Assembly: GCA_019058315.1 (NCBI GenBank)
Contig: JAHPZH010000006.1
Location: 32,001-96,000, forward strand
Direction: 5' to 3'
Source: Candidatus Helarchaeota archaeon
GTDB taxonomy: Archaea > Asgardarchaeota > Lokiarchaeia > Helarchaeales > RDOG01
DNA length: 64,000 nucleotides
Shown: piece after piece, positions 40,533-49,680 of the stretch
Numbering within the stretch: position 1 is the stretch's first letter
How the letters are laid out: the number at the start of each line of letters is the position of its first letter
The notes under the pieces: generated by a model
Seen by the model: the letters and a program-made list of their open reading frames with translations, nothing else
What the model was told of the DNA's origin: nothing
The model's database searches: none
Translations under genes and position numbers: made by a program

Positions 40533-40780
40533 AATATTAAATATTTTTTCTTATAATAATTATTTTACTTGTTGTTTCTAACAGTATTTATTTTGTGTAG
40601 ATGGCAGAATTCGAAATATGGAGAGCTTTATAATTTGGATATTATTAACAATCTCAACCAATAGAGTCTATTTTTTTCAGAAATGTTTAAAATTTAATGA
40701 TAATTTTTTAAAATATCCAATTAACTATCTAATGTTTTAATTAAATTTTAAAATCTAAAATAATCTTTTTTAATCTTAAT

Positions 40781-41767
40781 TTGGATATTATTTATTGTGG
40801 TATTATGGGCAAAGATTACAAAATTTTAGTATTAGGCTCTTTAGTATTTGATAATTTAATGCATTATCCTGATTTTTTTGAAAAAAATATTGTCATTGGG
40901 GAACGAAATAATATAGATGGTTCTTTTGTTGTTGATAAATTTGAGATTTGCAGAGGTGGGACTGCAGGAAATATCTCCTATAATCTGGGAAAATTGAATA
41001 TAAAAAATATATTAATTTCAGTAGCTGGTAAAGATTTTTTAGAATATGGGAAGCTCTTAGAAAAAATGGGAACAGATTTAAGAGTAGATATTTATGAAAA
41101 AGAAAACACTGCAGCTTGTTTTATAATTTATGATAAAGATCATGATAAAATTAACATTTTTTGTGCGGGAGCACTTCAAAATGCTTATAAAATTAAAATA
41201 TCAGAAAAATTATATCCTAATGAGATTATTAAAATTGCAATAAATGCACCAAATCCTATTGATTCAATGAAAAATTTTGCTTTAGAATTAGAAAAATTAA
41301 AAATCCCAATGGTTTTTGATCCTGGACAACAAATAAATGAATTTTCAAGAGATGATTTACTAGAAATATTGAAAAAATCAGAATATCTTATATTAAATGA
41401 ATCAGAGTTAGAAATTTTAAAAAAGAAAACCAAATTAAATGAAGAACAAATCACTGAATTGGTAAATAACATTATAGTTACTTTTGGAGCTAAAGGGTCA
41501 GAAATTTATCAAATTGACGAGAAAATTACTATACCTGTGGCAAAACCTAAAAAAATAATTGATACAACTGGAGCTGGAGATGCTTATAGGGCAGGTTTAT
41601 TATGTGGCATTTTTTATAATATCAGTTTAGAAGACTCATGCAAATTGGGGTCGATAATTGGTTCTTTTGCTGTAGAATCACCAGAACCTCAAAATCAAGA
41701 TTATGATTTTAAAGATATTAAAAATAGATATGAAGAAAATTTTGGCAAGTTTCCTTTAGATTATTAA
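40781..41767 (+). CDS. PfkB-family carbohydrate/nucleoside kinase
   Basis: GGTAGN, FDPGQ, NESE, DTTGAGDAY. Confidence 0.9.
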   Translation: MDIIYCGIMGKDYKILVLGSLVFDNLMHYPDFFEKNIVIGERNNIDGSFVVDKFEICRGGTAGNISYNLGKLNIKNILISVAGKDFLEYGKLLEKMGTDLRVDIYEKENTAACFIIYDKDHDKINIFCAGALQNAYKIKISEKLYPNEIIKIAINAPNPIDSMKNFALELEKLKIPMVFDPGQQINEFSRDDLLEILKKSEYLILNESELEILKKKTKLNEEQITELVNNIIVTFGAKGSEIYQIDEKITIPVAKPKKIIDTTGAGDAYRAGLLCGIFYNISLEDSCKLGSIIGSFAVESPEPQNQDYDFKDIKNRYEENFGKFPLDY

Positions 41768-42774
41768 AAGAAAAAAGTTTTTTGTGCTTGAGAATATTTT
41801 TGGTAATTTAAAATTTGGTCATAACCTGCATGTGAAGAAAGAGGAAAAGATTTTACACCAAAATTTTGAGTTTTAGCCCAACCAGTTGCAACCATTATAG
41901 AATTTTTACTATATTTTGCCTCTAATTCTCTAATTTTTCGAATATAATAGTAAGGCAATAATATAACAGACTTGGAATTACTACTTTTATAAGTTCCATT
42001 CCCACTTTTTGAATTAAAATATGAAGTTAAATTTCTAATCTTCCTTTTATTTTCTAATGGATGGCTTTTATATTGAAATTTTCCTAAAGGTAAATAAGAA
42101 GAATGAATTTCGTTTGCTTTATAGATTGACGGATGAGTAATTAAACTGCAACTTAATGTAGAATAGTTTAAAAGTGCCGTAATTTCTTGTTGAACTCCTA
42201 ATCTCTGGGCAATGATAATTATTTCTTCATTTTCTTCTAATGTTTCCTTAAACCAGTTAAGAATTTTAGGATATAAGGTTTTTCTAGTAGGAAAAACATA
42301 TTCTTGAGAAAAGTAAGTATCATCTGTAATAAAAATCCCATTCTTACATTTTAATAATGGAGCTTTACTCATTCCAAAACGACTTTCAAGACAAAAGTCC
42401 CCAGTATATAAAATAGTTTTATTATTCAATTTAATTCTAAACTGAAAACTTCCTAAACAATGTCCTGCATGAAAGGCACTTATTTTACAACCTTGAATAT
42501 TTATTTCATCTTCAGGACAGCTATATGGTTCTATAATTTTAAAATTTGTAATTTTACAATTTTGTTTCAAATTTGATGATAATAAATCAAATGTAGGTCG
42601 GCTCATGATTTTCAGTGGATTAATTTTTTCCACATTTTTAATATGATCTACATGAGCATGACTGATAAGGATTAGATCAGCATCATTTGCTGAGGAGATT
42701 GTTGTAGGATCTATTACAATGTGAATTCTTTTTGAAATTAGATGCATGCCTCGATTTTTTATAACTTTCAACAA
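41764..42774 (-). CDS. Metallo-beta-lactamase-fold (beta-CASP-like) nuclease
   Basis: SHAHVDH, AGHCLGS, YTGDF, LSSHA. Confidence 0.85.
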   Translation of the reverse strand: MLKVIKNRGMHLISKRIHIVIDPTTISSANDADLILISHAHVDHIKNVEKINPLKIMSRPTFDLLSSNLKQNCKITNFKIIEPYSCPEDEINIQGCKISAFHAGHCLGSFQFRIKLNNKTILYTGDFCLESRFGMSKAPLLKCKNGIFITDDTYFSQEYVFPTRKTLYPKILNWFKETLEENEEIIIIAQRLGVQQEITALLNYSTLSCSLITHPSIYKANEIHSSYLPLGKFQYKSHPLENKRKIRNLTSYFNSKSGNGTYKSSNSKSVILLPYYYIRKIRELEAKYSKNSIMVATGWAKTQNFGVKSFPLSSHAGYDQILNYQKYSQAQKTFFF

Positions 42775-42847
42775 AAATCAACTACTTTTTTTATAGATAT
42801 TAATAAATTAAAAATAACGGTATTTTGTCGAAGGTGAAATTATTTAA

Positions 42848-43759
42848 ATGCTAGAATTTATTGTGAAAATAAGAGATGAAATATATAAGAAAAATAATAA
42901 GGAATTTGAATTACAAATTCAAAAATTAGTTAATAATAAAATGAAAAAATTCTATAAGTTCTATAATATTACTGAAAAAATACCAATTTTAATATATTTT
43001 CATGATTTTATCTATGAACTCTTCCCATTAGCGATGATAGAGCCCAATTTCAAAAATAATGTATTATATATTAAGAGTATCTGGTTTCAATTTTGCCCAT
43101 CAAGATGGTACTTTACAACTGATGAAATTTTATGGAATACATTATTACATGAAGGATTACATTATAAACATCAATTTAATGAAAAATTTAAACGGCTTTT
43201 TCTCGAATTTCATGGGGATTTGTTGGATGCACTATGTGATATACATTTAATTCCGTTTATAAAGGAATTAAAAATAGAAAAAAGTGAATCAGAAAGGATG
43301 TTGATTGGACGTATATTAAATTTAATGGAAAGAGAAAATCGTATTCTATTGGTAAAAAATTTCTGCGAAAATAAAAATGTTGACGATTTAATAATACATT
43401 TTCAGTTAAATAAACCTTCAATTTATCTTTTATCGGTTCTATTCTATTCGAAACGTTACATAGAATTAATTAGTAAAAAGTCTGAAATTTTTAATCTTAT
43501 ATTAGAACAAATAAAAAGGCAAGATAAAGAATTCAAAAAGAAAGAAGAAAGATTTAATTCTGTATTTGAATCAGCATTATTCCTTAAAAACGGAAAAGAA
43601 ATGGAGAGTATACTTATGAAATTAAATTCATTTAAAAATGTTCTTTTGAAAAACAATGTCAATTATAAAATAAGATTTGATTTAAACTTCAAAAAAAATT
43701 ATAGAGCCCGAAAAACTAATTCACCTAGATCAAATAATTTTAATTTTGAGTTGGTATAA
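42848..43759 (+). CDS. Hypothetical protein with an HExxH zincin-like motif
   Basis: TLLHEGLH. Confidence 0.55.
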   Translation: MLEFIVKIRDEIYKKNNKEFELQIQKLVNNKMKKFYKFYNITEKIPILIYFHDFIYELFPLAMIEPNFKNNVLYIKSIWFQFCPSRWYFTTDEILWNTLLHEGLHYKHQFNEKFKRLFLEFHGDLLDALCDIHLIPFIKELKIEKSESERMLIGRILNLMERENRILLVKNFCENKNVDDLIIHFQLNKPSIYLLSVLFYSKRYIELISKKSEIFNLILEQIKRQDKEFKKKEERFNSVFESALFLKNGKEMESILMKLNSFKNVLLKNNVNYKIRFDLNFKKNYRARKTNSPRSNNFNFELV

Positions 43760-44817
43760 CGAATTACTCGCTCAAAAGTAGATTCACAAGTTGGACACAT
43801 CGTTACCAAAGCTTCTGCACCTGTCGCTTCTGCAGCTTCTAACCGCTTTGACGCAATATCCATACTCAGATCTGCGTTAGCTGAAAGCATACCCCCTCCA
43901 GCCCCACAACAACTTGACTCATACTTATTATTTTGCATTTCAAGTAGTTGAATTCCGGGAATACTTGATAAAATAATTCTGGGGGGTTCTAGAATTCTCA
44001 TATGTCGACCTAAATCACAAGGATCATGCCAAGTAACTTTCAATTTTATTTCATTTTGAAAATTAACTTTTCTTTTTTCTAATAATTCAGCAAGAACTTC
44101 AGTGTAATGTAGAATTGTGGGATTAAAATTTGTATCTAGCTTACTATATTTATTTTTTAAAGTTTTATAACAACCAGGGCAAGGAGTAATGATTTTTTCA
44201 ATTTTATTTTCATTAAAATATTCAATATTTTTTTGCGATAATGTGTGAAACTTTTCCAAATATCCCGTTGTGGATAATAATGCTCCACAACAAACTTCAT
44301 TTTCACCAAGATAATTGAGTTTTAAACCTATTTTAATCAAGGAACTATAAATTTTTCTTAAACGATCAGGTTGTAAGTATGGATAGACACATCCAGCAAA
44401 AAATAAAGTATTTGAGGTTTTAGAAACTGGTAACCCTTCTGACCATTTTGAACGATTTTCATTAGATTCTTTAAAAGGATTGTTATATTCGATTATATTT
44501 TTAACAGTTATTCTGTGATATTTATTTTCAAAGCCCATATTTATTAAATCTGCTCTTAAAGATTCAATTAAATCGACATTATTTAAAGCACAACGATATA
44601 AACAATAACCACAAGTTGTACATAAGCTAATACATTCAATCAAATCATTATTAGGTTTTATAGATCCCTCAATTAATCCTCGGGCAATAAGCATCTTACC
44701 TCGGCAACTAAAAGCTTCATATCGAAGTTCTGAATAAACAGGACAATTTTCGCGACAAAATCCACAACGAGTTCTATTACAAGTATATATATTTTCCTTT
44801 AAATCATCTATATACAT
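43699..44817 (-). CDS. Fe-S oxidoreductase (HdrD/GlpC-like, CCG domains)
   Basis: Two ferredoxin-type Cys motifs; EVCCG, HDPCDLGR, CCGAGGG. Confidence 0.9.
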   Translation of the reverse strand: MYIDDLKENIYTCNRTRCGFCRENCPVYSELRYEAFSCRGKMLIARGLIEGSIKPNNDLIECISLCTTCGYCLYRCALNNVDLIESLRADLINMGFENKYHRITVKNIIEYNNPFKESNENRSKWSEGLPVSKTSNTLFFAGCVYPYLQPDRLRKIYSSLIKIGLKLNYLGENEVCCGALLSTTGYLEKFHTLSQKNIEYFNENKIEKIITPCPGCYKTLKNKYSKLDTNFNPTILHYTEVLAELLEKRKVNFQNEIKLKVTWHDPCDLGRHMRILEPPRIILSSIPGIQLLEMQNNKYESSCCGAGGGMLSANADLSMDIASKRLEAAEATGAEALVTMCPTCESTFERVIRYTNSKLKLFDLGELVFRAL

Positions 44818-44970
44818 TTTTAATCATTTTAATAATTAATTAATTAATTTCTTCTATTGGAAAACGATATTTTTAATATATTTTTTTTTCTAATATTCTA
44901 AAAGCAAAATTTTTTAAAATTATTGATTCTTTTTTAGTAATAACAAAAATTATTATTTATTCCTAAATGA

Positions 44971-45429
44971 ATGAGGTGTTTTGTAACGACAGGTTTAAAA
45001 TCACCAAAAGGCGAATTTGCAGGAAGATTACTTATTAGGAAGAGAAAAAAATTCCGTTGGAAAGATATTAGATATAAAAGAAGAAAATTGAAGTTGGATG
45101 TAAAATCTGATCCATTAGAAGGTGCTCCTCAAGCACGTGGTATAGTTCTAGAAAAAATTGGGATAGAAACAAAACAACCAAACTCGGGAATACGTAAGTG
45201 TGTTCGTATTCAACTTATTAAAAATGGTAAACAAATAACTGCATTTCTCCCTGGTGATGGAGCATTAAATTTTATAGACGAACATGATGAGGTTTTAGTT
45301 GAAGGTATCGGAGGAGCGAAAGGGCGGGCTGTAGGAGATTTACCTGGTGTAAGATGGAAAGTTATTAAGGTAAATAATGTCGGGCTCGAATCGCTTTTAA
45401 CAGGTAAGAAAGAGAAACCAATCAGATAA
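44971..45429 (+). CDS. rps12: 30S ribosomal protein S12 (uS12)
   Basis: [30 protein letters not shown]. Confidence 0.97.
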   Translation: MRCFVTTGLKSPKGEFAGRLLIRKRKKFRWKDIRYKRRKLKLDVKSDPLEGAPQARGIVLEKIGIETKQPNSGIRKCVRIQLIKNGKQITAFLPGDGALNFIDEHDEVLVEGIGGAKGRAVGDLPGVRWKVIKVNNVGLESLLTGKKEKPIR

Positions 45430-45475
45430 ATTATTTGGAATTATTATTTCAAATATTATAAACTATTTAGCATTT

Positions 45476-46531
45476 TTAAATAGGTTTTCCTGGAAAAATA
45501 TTATTTAATTTGATATTTGATAGTTTAATTATAGTAGGGGCAACATCAAGAGTTGAATAAATTCGGGAAGAATTATATTTATATTTAAGTTCATAATTTT
45601 TACTCATAATAATAAGAGGAACGTACAATTCTTCTTTTAGATATCCCCCATGACTTCCGTTTAAATTTTCCTTTTCAAATTCAATTCCTGTATTTGCAGA
45701 TATCACGATATCTCCAGTCCTTTTATGATATAATTTAATATCTTTTGTTTGAGATTTAAGAAAAATTTTGTCAATTTCTTTTATATGGTTGAGTTCTTCC
45801 ATTATTTCTTTATGATCTTTATTTAAATAAATATGACATGCACGATGGGATTCTAAAAATTGGCCTGATATTCCTACATTTTGAAAATAACGTTTTAAAT
45901 TAAATCTTTTTGATACTTTGGTCATACCATGGTCTGCAGTGATTATCATTATTAATTTATCTTCAACAATTTCATAAATTTGTGATAAAAATTGATCACA
46001 TTTAGATATTTCATTTAGATATTTTTTATTATCTGGACCAAATGTTTCACCATACCCATCAACTCCTGCAAAATTAATTACCCCAAATTTGATATTATAG
46101 TTCTTCAAAAATTTCATAGTTTTATCAAAAATTAATTCATCTCTTTTTTCTAACGATATTTCATTTAGCTCTTGCATAGGCATTATATAATCCGCTCCTT
46201 TTGTTATAGGTTCTGCCACAGCCATGGTTTTTGGTGAATTAAGCATTTCAAATAGAGTATGAGATTGAATATATTCAGAAGGGTTATAATAGTCAAAATG
46301 TTTTACTTTTTTATCATTTTTATCAAAGAATTGATTTCCAATCATTCCATGTTGTTCGGGAAAAGTGCCAGTTACAATTGACGAGTGTCCAGTATAAGTT
46401 GCTGTTGGAAATACTGTCTTACAATTAAAAGTTATAAATCCTTTTTCACTTAAAGAATCAATAAAAGGAGTATGAGCTTTTATATATGAATTTATTGCAC
46501 ATCCGTCCAAAATAAAAAGAAGAATAATCAA
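45476..46531 (-). CDS. Alkaline phosphatase superfamily protein (nucleotide pyrophosphatase-like)
   Basis: ILDG, FPTAT..GHSSIVTG, TADHG, GSHG, DVAPT. Confidence 0.88.
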   Translation of the reverse strand: MIILLFILDGCAINSYIKAHTPFIDSLSEKGFITFNCKTVFPTATYTGHSSIVTGTFPEQHGMIGNQFFDKNDKKVKHFDYYNPSEYIQSHTLFEMLNSPKTMAVAEPITKGADYIMPMQELNEISLEKRDELIFDKTMKFLKNYNIKFGVINFAGVDGYGETFGPDNKKYLNEISKCDQFLSQIYEIVEDKLIMIITADHGMTKVSKRFNLKRYFQNVGISGQFLESHRACHIYLNKDHKEIMEELNHIKEIDKIFLKSQTKDIKLYHKRTGDIVISANTGIEFEKENLNGSHGGYLKEELYVPLIIMSKNYELKYKYNSSRIYSTLDVAPTIIKLSNIKLNNIFPGKPI

Positions 46532-46838
46532 GAAAATCCCATTTTAATAAAATATTCAATTTTTAATTTTCAAATTTTAGATAGAATTCTAGATTTTTAA
46601 ATCAACTTTTAAATAGAATTATATTTTTTTAAGGAAAAAAAGGTAAATAGATGAAAAAATTCAAAGTTTTTGAATAATTCATTGAATTAAAGAAAATAAT
46701 ATGAATGAAAATAATGCTAAATTAGAAGATTTTAAAATAAATTCAATCTCAACGTTATATTTTCAAAATTTGTGGGTATTAAATATTAAAAATTCTAATC
46801 ATTAATAAAATAAAATTAAGTCAATAAGTGGAGTTTCG

Positions 46839-47216
46839 ATGTCAGTTTTATTAAAAACTTATAAAATTGATAAATTAAAAGAATATTTAGAGGATTTAAA
46901 TACGAAAAACGGAAATAAAGGATGTATCTTATGCTCAGAAGAAGGATTAGTAGTCATATCAACAAAGAATGGAAATAATGAATTAGATTTTGACTCATTA
47001 GCAGCTATGGGAGCAACATTATTAAGTATTATGAATGATCAAATTTTTTTAGATGTCATAATATCATATGAAAATAAGAAAGTCTTTATCCGCAAAATCG
47101 ATGGCGAAATATGTAATTTTATATTCATTAATATATTTGAGACTAATAAAAGATATTTTAGGCGAGATGTAAATAAAACAATTAAAAAAATTAGCAAACT
47201 TTTAACATTATCCTAA
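46839..47216 (+). CDS. Roadblock/LC7-like protein
   Basis: CILCSEEGLVVIS...LAAMGATL. Confidence 0.7.
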   Translation: MSVLLKTYKIDKLKEYLEDLNTKNGNKGCILCSEEGLVVISTKNGNNELDFDSLAAMGATLLSIMNDQIFLDVIISYENKKVFIRKIDGEICNFIFINIFETNKRYFRRDVNKTIKKISKLLTLS

Positions 47217-47225
47217 AAATATATT

Positions 47226-47363
47226 TGGTGCAGCTGCCGAGATTTTCGGAATAAATTTAAAATAATCTATTCTTTCGAACCCGGGTCAGAGGCTTGGGAG
47301 GCTTCCGTAAATTGACCGATAATGGTCAATTTGCCCCGTCCTAACCAACTAGACTACAGCTGC
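47226..47363 (-). tRNA. tRNA-Gly(CCC) with two 31-nt introns: 29/30 (47303..47333) and 59/60 (47243..47273); CCA encoded
   Basis: GCAGCTG/CAGCTGC acceptor stem. After splicing: GGGGC-CT-CCC-AA-GCCTC and CCGGG-TTCGAAT-CTCGG. Confidence 0.9.
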
Positions 47364-47398
47364 ATTATTCTCATTATTAGATAAAGATAAATTATTAT

Positions 47399-49550
47399 TT
47401 AAAAAAAATCGGCTTTTGGTATTTCAGCTTTTCTACCTTTTTTTATACGAATGTCTGAAATTATTTTTTGAGCGCTATCATAGGAAATAAATTCCCAATG
47501 AGAAAAAACTGTTTGCCAGAATGCTTGTCCTGCAGTTTTTGAACGAATATCAGTAGATAGATTAAATGATTCTTTAACTGGAATTAGACCAGTAATGTAT
47601 GAATAAGAATCTTTTTGTTCAATATTTAGAATTTTGCTTTTCCTTTGTAATAATAAAGCTGTAATAACTCCTATTAGATTTGTAGGAACTTGGATTTGAA
47701 TCTTATAAATTGGCTCAAAAATAGTAGGTTCTGATTTTAAAAAAGCGCTGTAAACCGCTCTTTTACCCATTAACATAATTTGAAGCGGATCGACTTCTAA
47801 AGTATTTTTATCAATTTTTAATAAATGGATATTTATTTGCAATCCTTTTATTGGTTCTTCGCATAAAGGTCCTGCATTTAGAGCCATTTTAATACCCTTT
47901 ATAATAATTTCTTTGATTTTATCATCAATTTCTTGGCTTAAATCATTAATAATTAGATTATTATTGTAATCTATTGCTAGAATCTTCTTATGTTTTAAAA
48001 TTTCTTTAATTCTTTCTTCGTTTATTGGTTCTACTGAAAGTTTGATTTGATTCAAATTATTTTGACTTAAAGTTGAAATTATTGGGCTCTTTATTTTAAT
48101 TCCTTCTCTGTAGACTACAATTGGATCGGACATTAATATGTCAATCCCAAAATCTTTTATTTCATTAGCAATGATTTCTAGATGTAATTGTCCGATTCCA
48201 GAAATCAAATATTCCCCTGTATCTTCATTAATATCGATTTTTATATCGGGATCGTTTATTTTTATTTTATTTAAAATATCTAGCATTTTAGGTAATTCCT
48301 TTGGATGTTTGGGTTCAATAGAAACTGTTATAACAGGATCTGATACATATTTGATATTTTCAAATGGGTCAATTATTTCTTTAAACTCACTATTAGTTAA
48401 TGTTTCTCCAACTATTGCCTCTGAGAGGCCTATAAAAGCTCCAATATTACCTGCTGTAAGAGAATTAACAATTTCTCTTTTATGTCCCATTGAAATGAAA
48501 ATTTTTAAAACTCGATTAATGTCTTTCGCAGTTAATAAATAGACTTCATCACCTGAATTAATGGTTCCAGAAAATATACGTCCTATTGATATTTTTCCTA
48601 CATGTTTGTCAAATAATATCTTATGAATACAAATAATTAATGGTCCATTTTCATTACATTTTTGCATATTTTGTGCTAAAGCTGAATTTAAATCGCCTTT
48701 CCAAATTTTTTTAATTCTATAAGTTTGTGCAATTTTAGGACTTGGCAAATGATTAATTATCATATTTAATATACATTTATCTAAAGGTAGAATTTCACTT
48801 AATATCTCAATTTTGTTTATTCCATTTTTATAATAATTAAAAATATTATCAAACTTTAGTTTCTTATTTTTCATGATATTTAATGTAAAACCCCAACTAG
48901 GATATAAAGCGCATCCAAATCCTACATTATTCATTTCTGGAATTATTTTCCATTTATCTTTAAATTCATTTTCAGCATAAAGTTCAATATAATCGTTAAA
49001 TTTATCTATAATATTTTGAAAATAATTTTGAATTTCATTAGAGTTTAATTTTAATTCTTTTATTAAACGATCAACTTTATTTATATACAGAATTGGTTTT
49101 ATACGTTCTTGCAAAGCTTGTTTTGTTACAATTTCTGTCTGAATTTGGCATCCTTCAACTGCATCTACAACTACAATGGCACCATCAATTGCTCTTAACG
49201 CTCTAGATACTCTGGCAGTTAAATCCACTTAGTCTATAAAAATAATTTTATTTTTATATATGACCTGGAGTATCTATCAGATTAATAATGAATCTCTCAT
49301 TAGCTATTTGATACAATAATGAAATATTTGCAGTCTTAACTGTAATTCCTCTTTTTTGTTCAATATCTAAATAATCCAGAGCCCGAAGAGAACCTGCTAA
49401 ATTTGAAGATATTACTTTCCCTAATGCTAAAAGGCTATCAGTTAAAGTAGTCTTTCCATGGTCTATATGCGCTATTATACCAATATTGCGTATGTTGTCC
49501 TTTTGTTTCATTGTTTCTAAAATTTCATTAATTTTTTTTGATTTTACCAT
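47399..49550 (-). CDS. fusA: Elongation factor 2 homolog, intron-containing (exon1 49550..49260, exon2 49228..47399; 706 aa)
   Basis: AHIDHGKTT, RGIT, spliced DTPGH|VD, NKVD, GQLHLE, EPIY; diphthamide HRG motif absent. Confidence 0.92.
49229..49259 (-). other. 31-nt BHB mRNA intron in EF-2
   Basis: Minus strand CCA-GGTC-AT^A-TATAAAAATA-aaat-TATTTTTATA-GACT-AA^G-TGG; in-frame TAA. Confidence 0.93.
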
Positions 49551-49680
49551 CCTTTTTTTTCCTATTAGTGAGTTTGAATAAAAATAATTATCAGTAATAA
49601 ATAGTTTAAAATTATATTTTTTAAGAATTATAGATTAGTGTTCATGTTATGTTTAAATTGGTTTTTAAATAAAAAATTAC

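Noticed and set aside
47399-49550. EF-2, rnz and the HAD gene as frameshifted pseudogenes or assembly errors
   Set aside because: Each break is a discrete insert with exact BHB geometry whose canonical excision restores a conserved motif, and the visible exons have no other lesions
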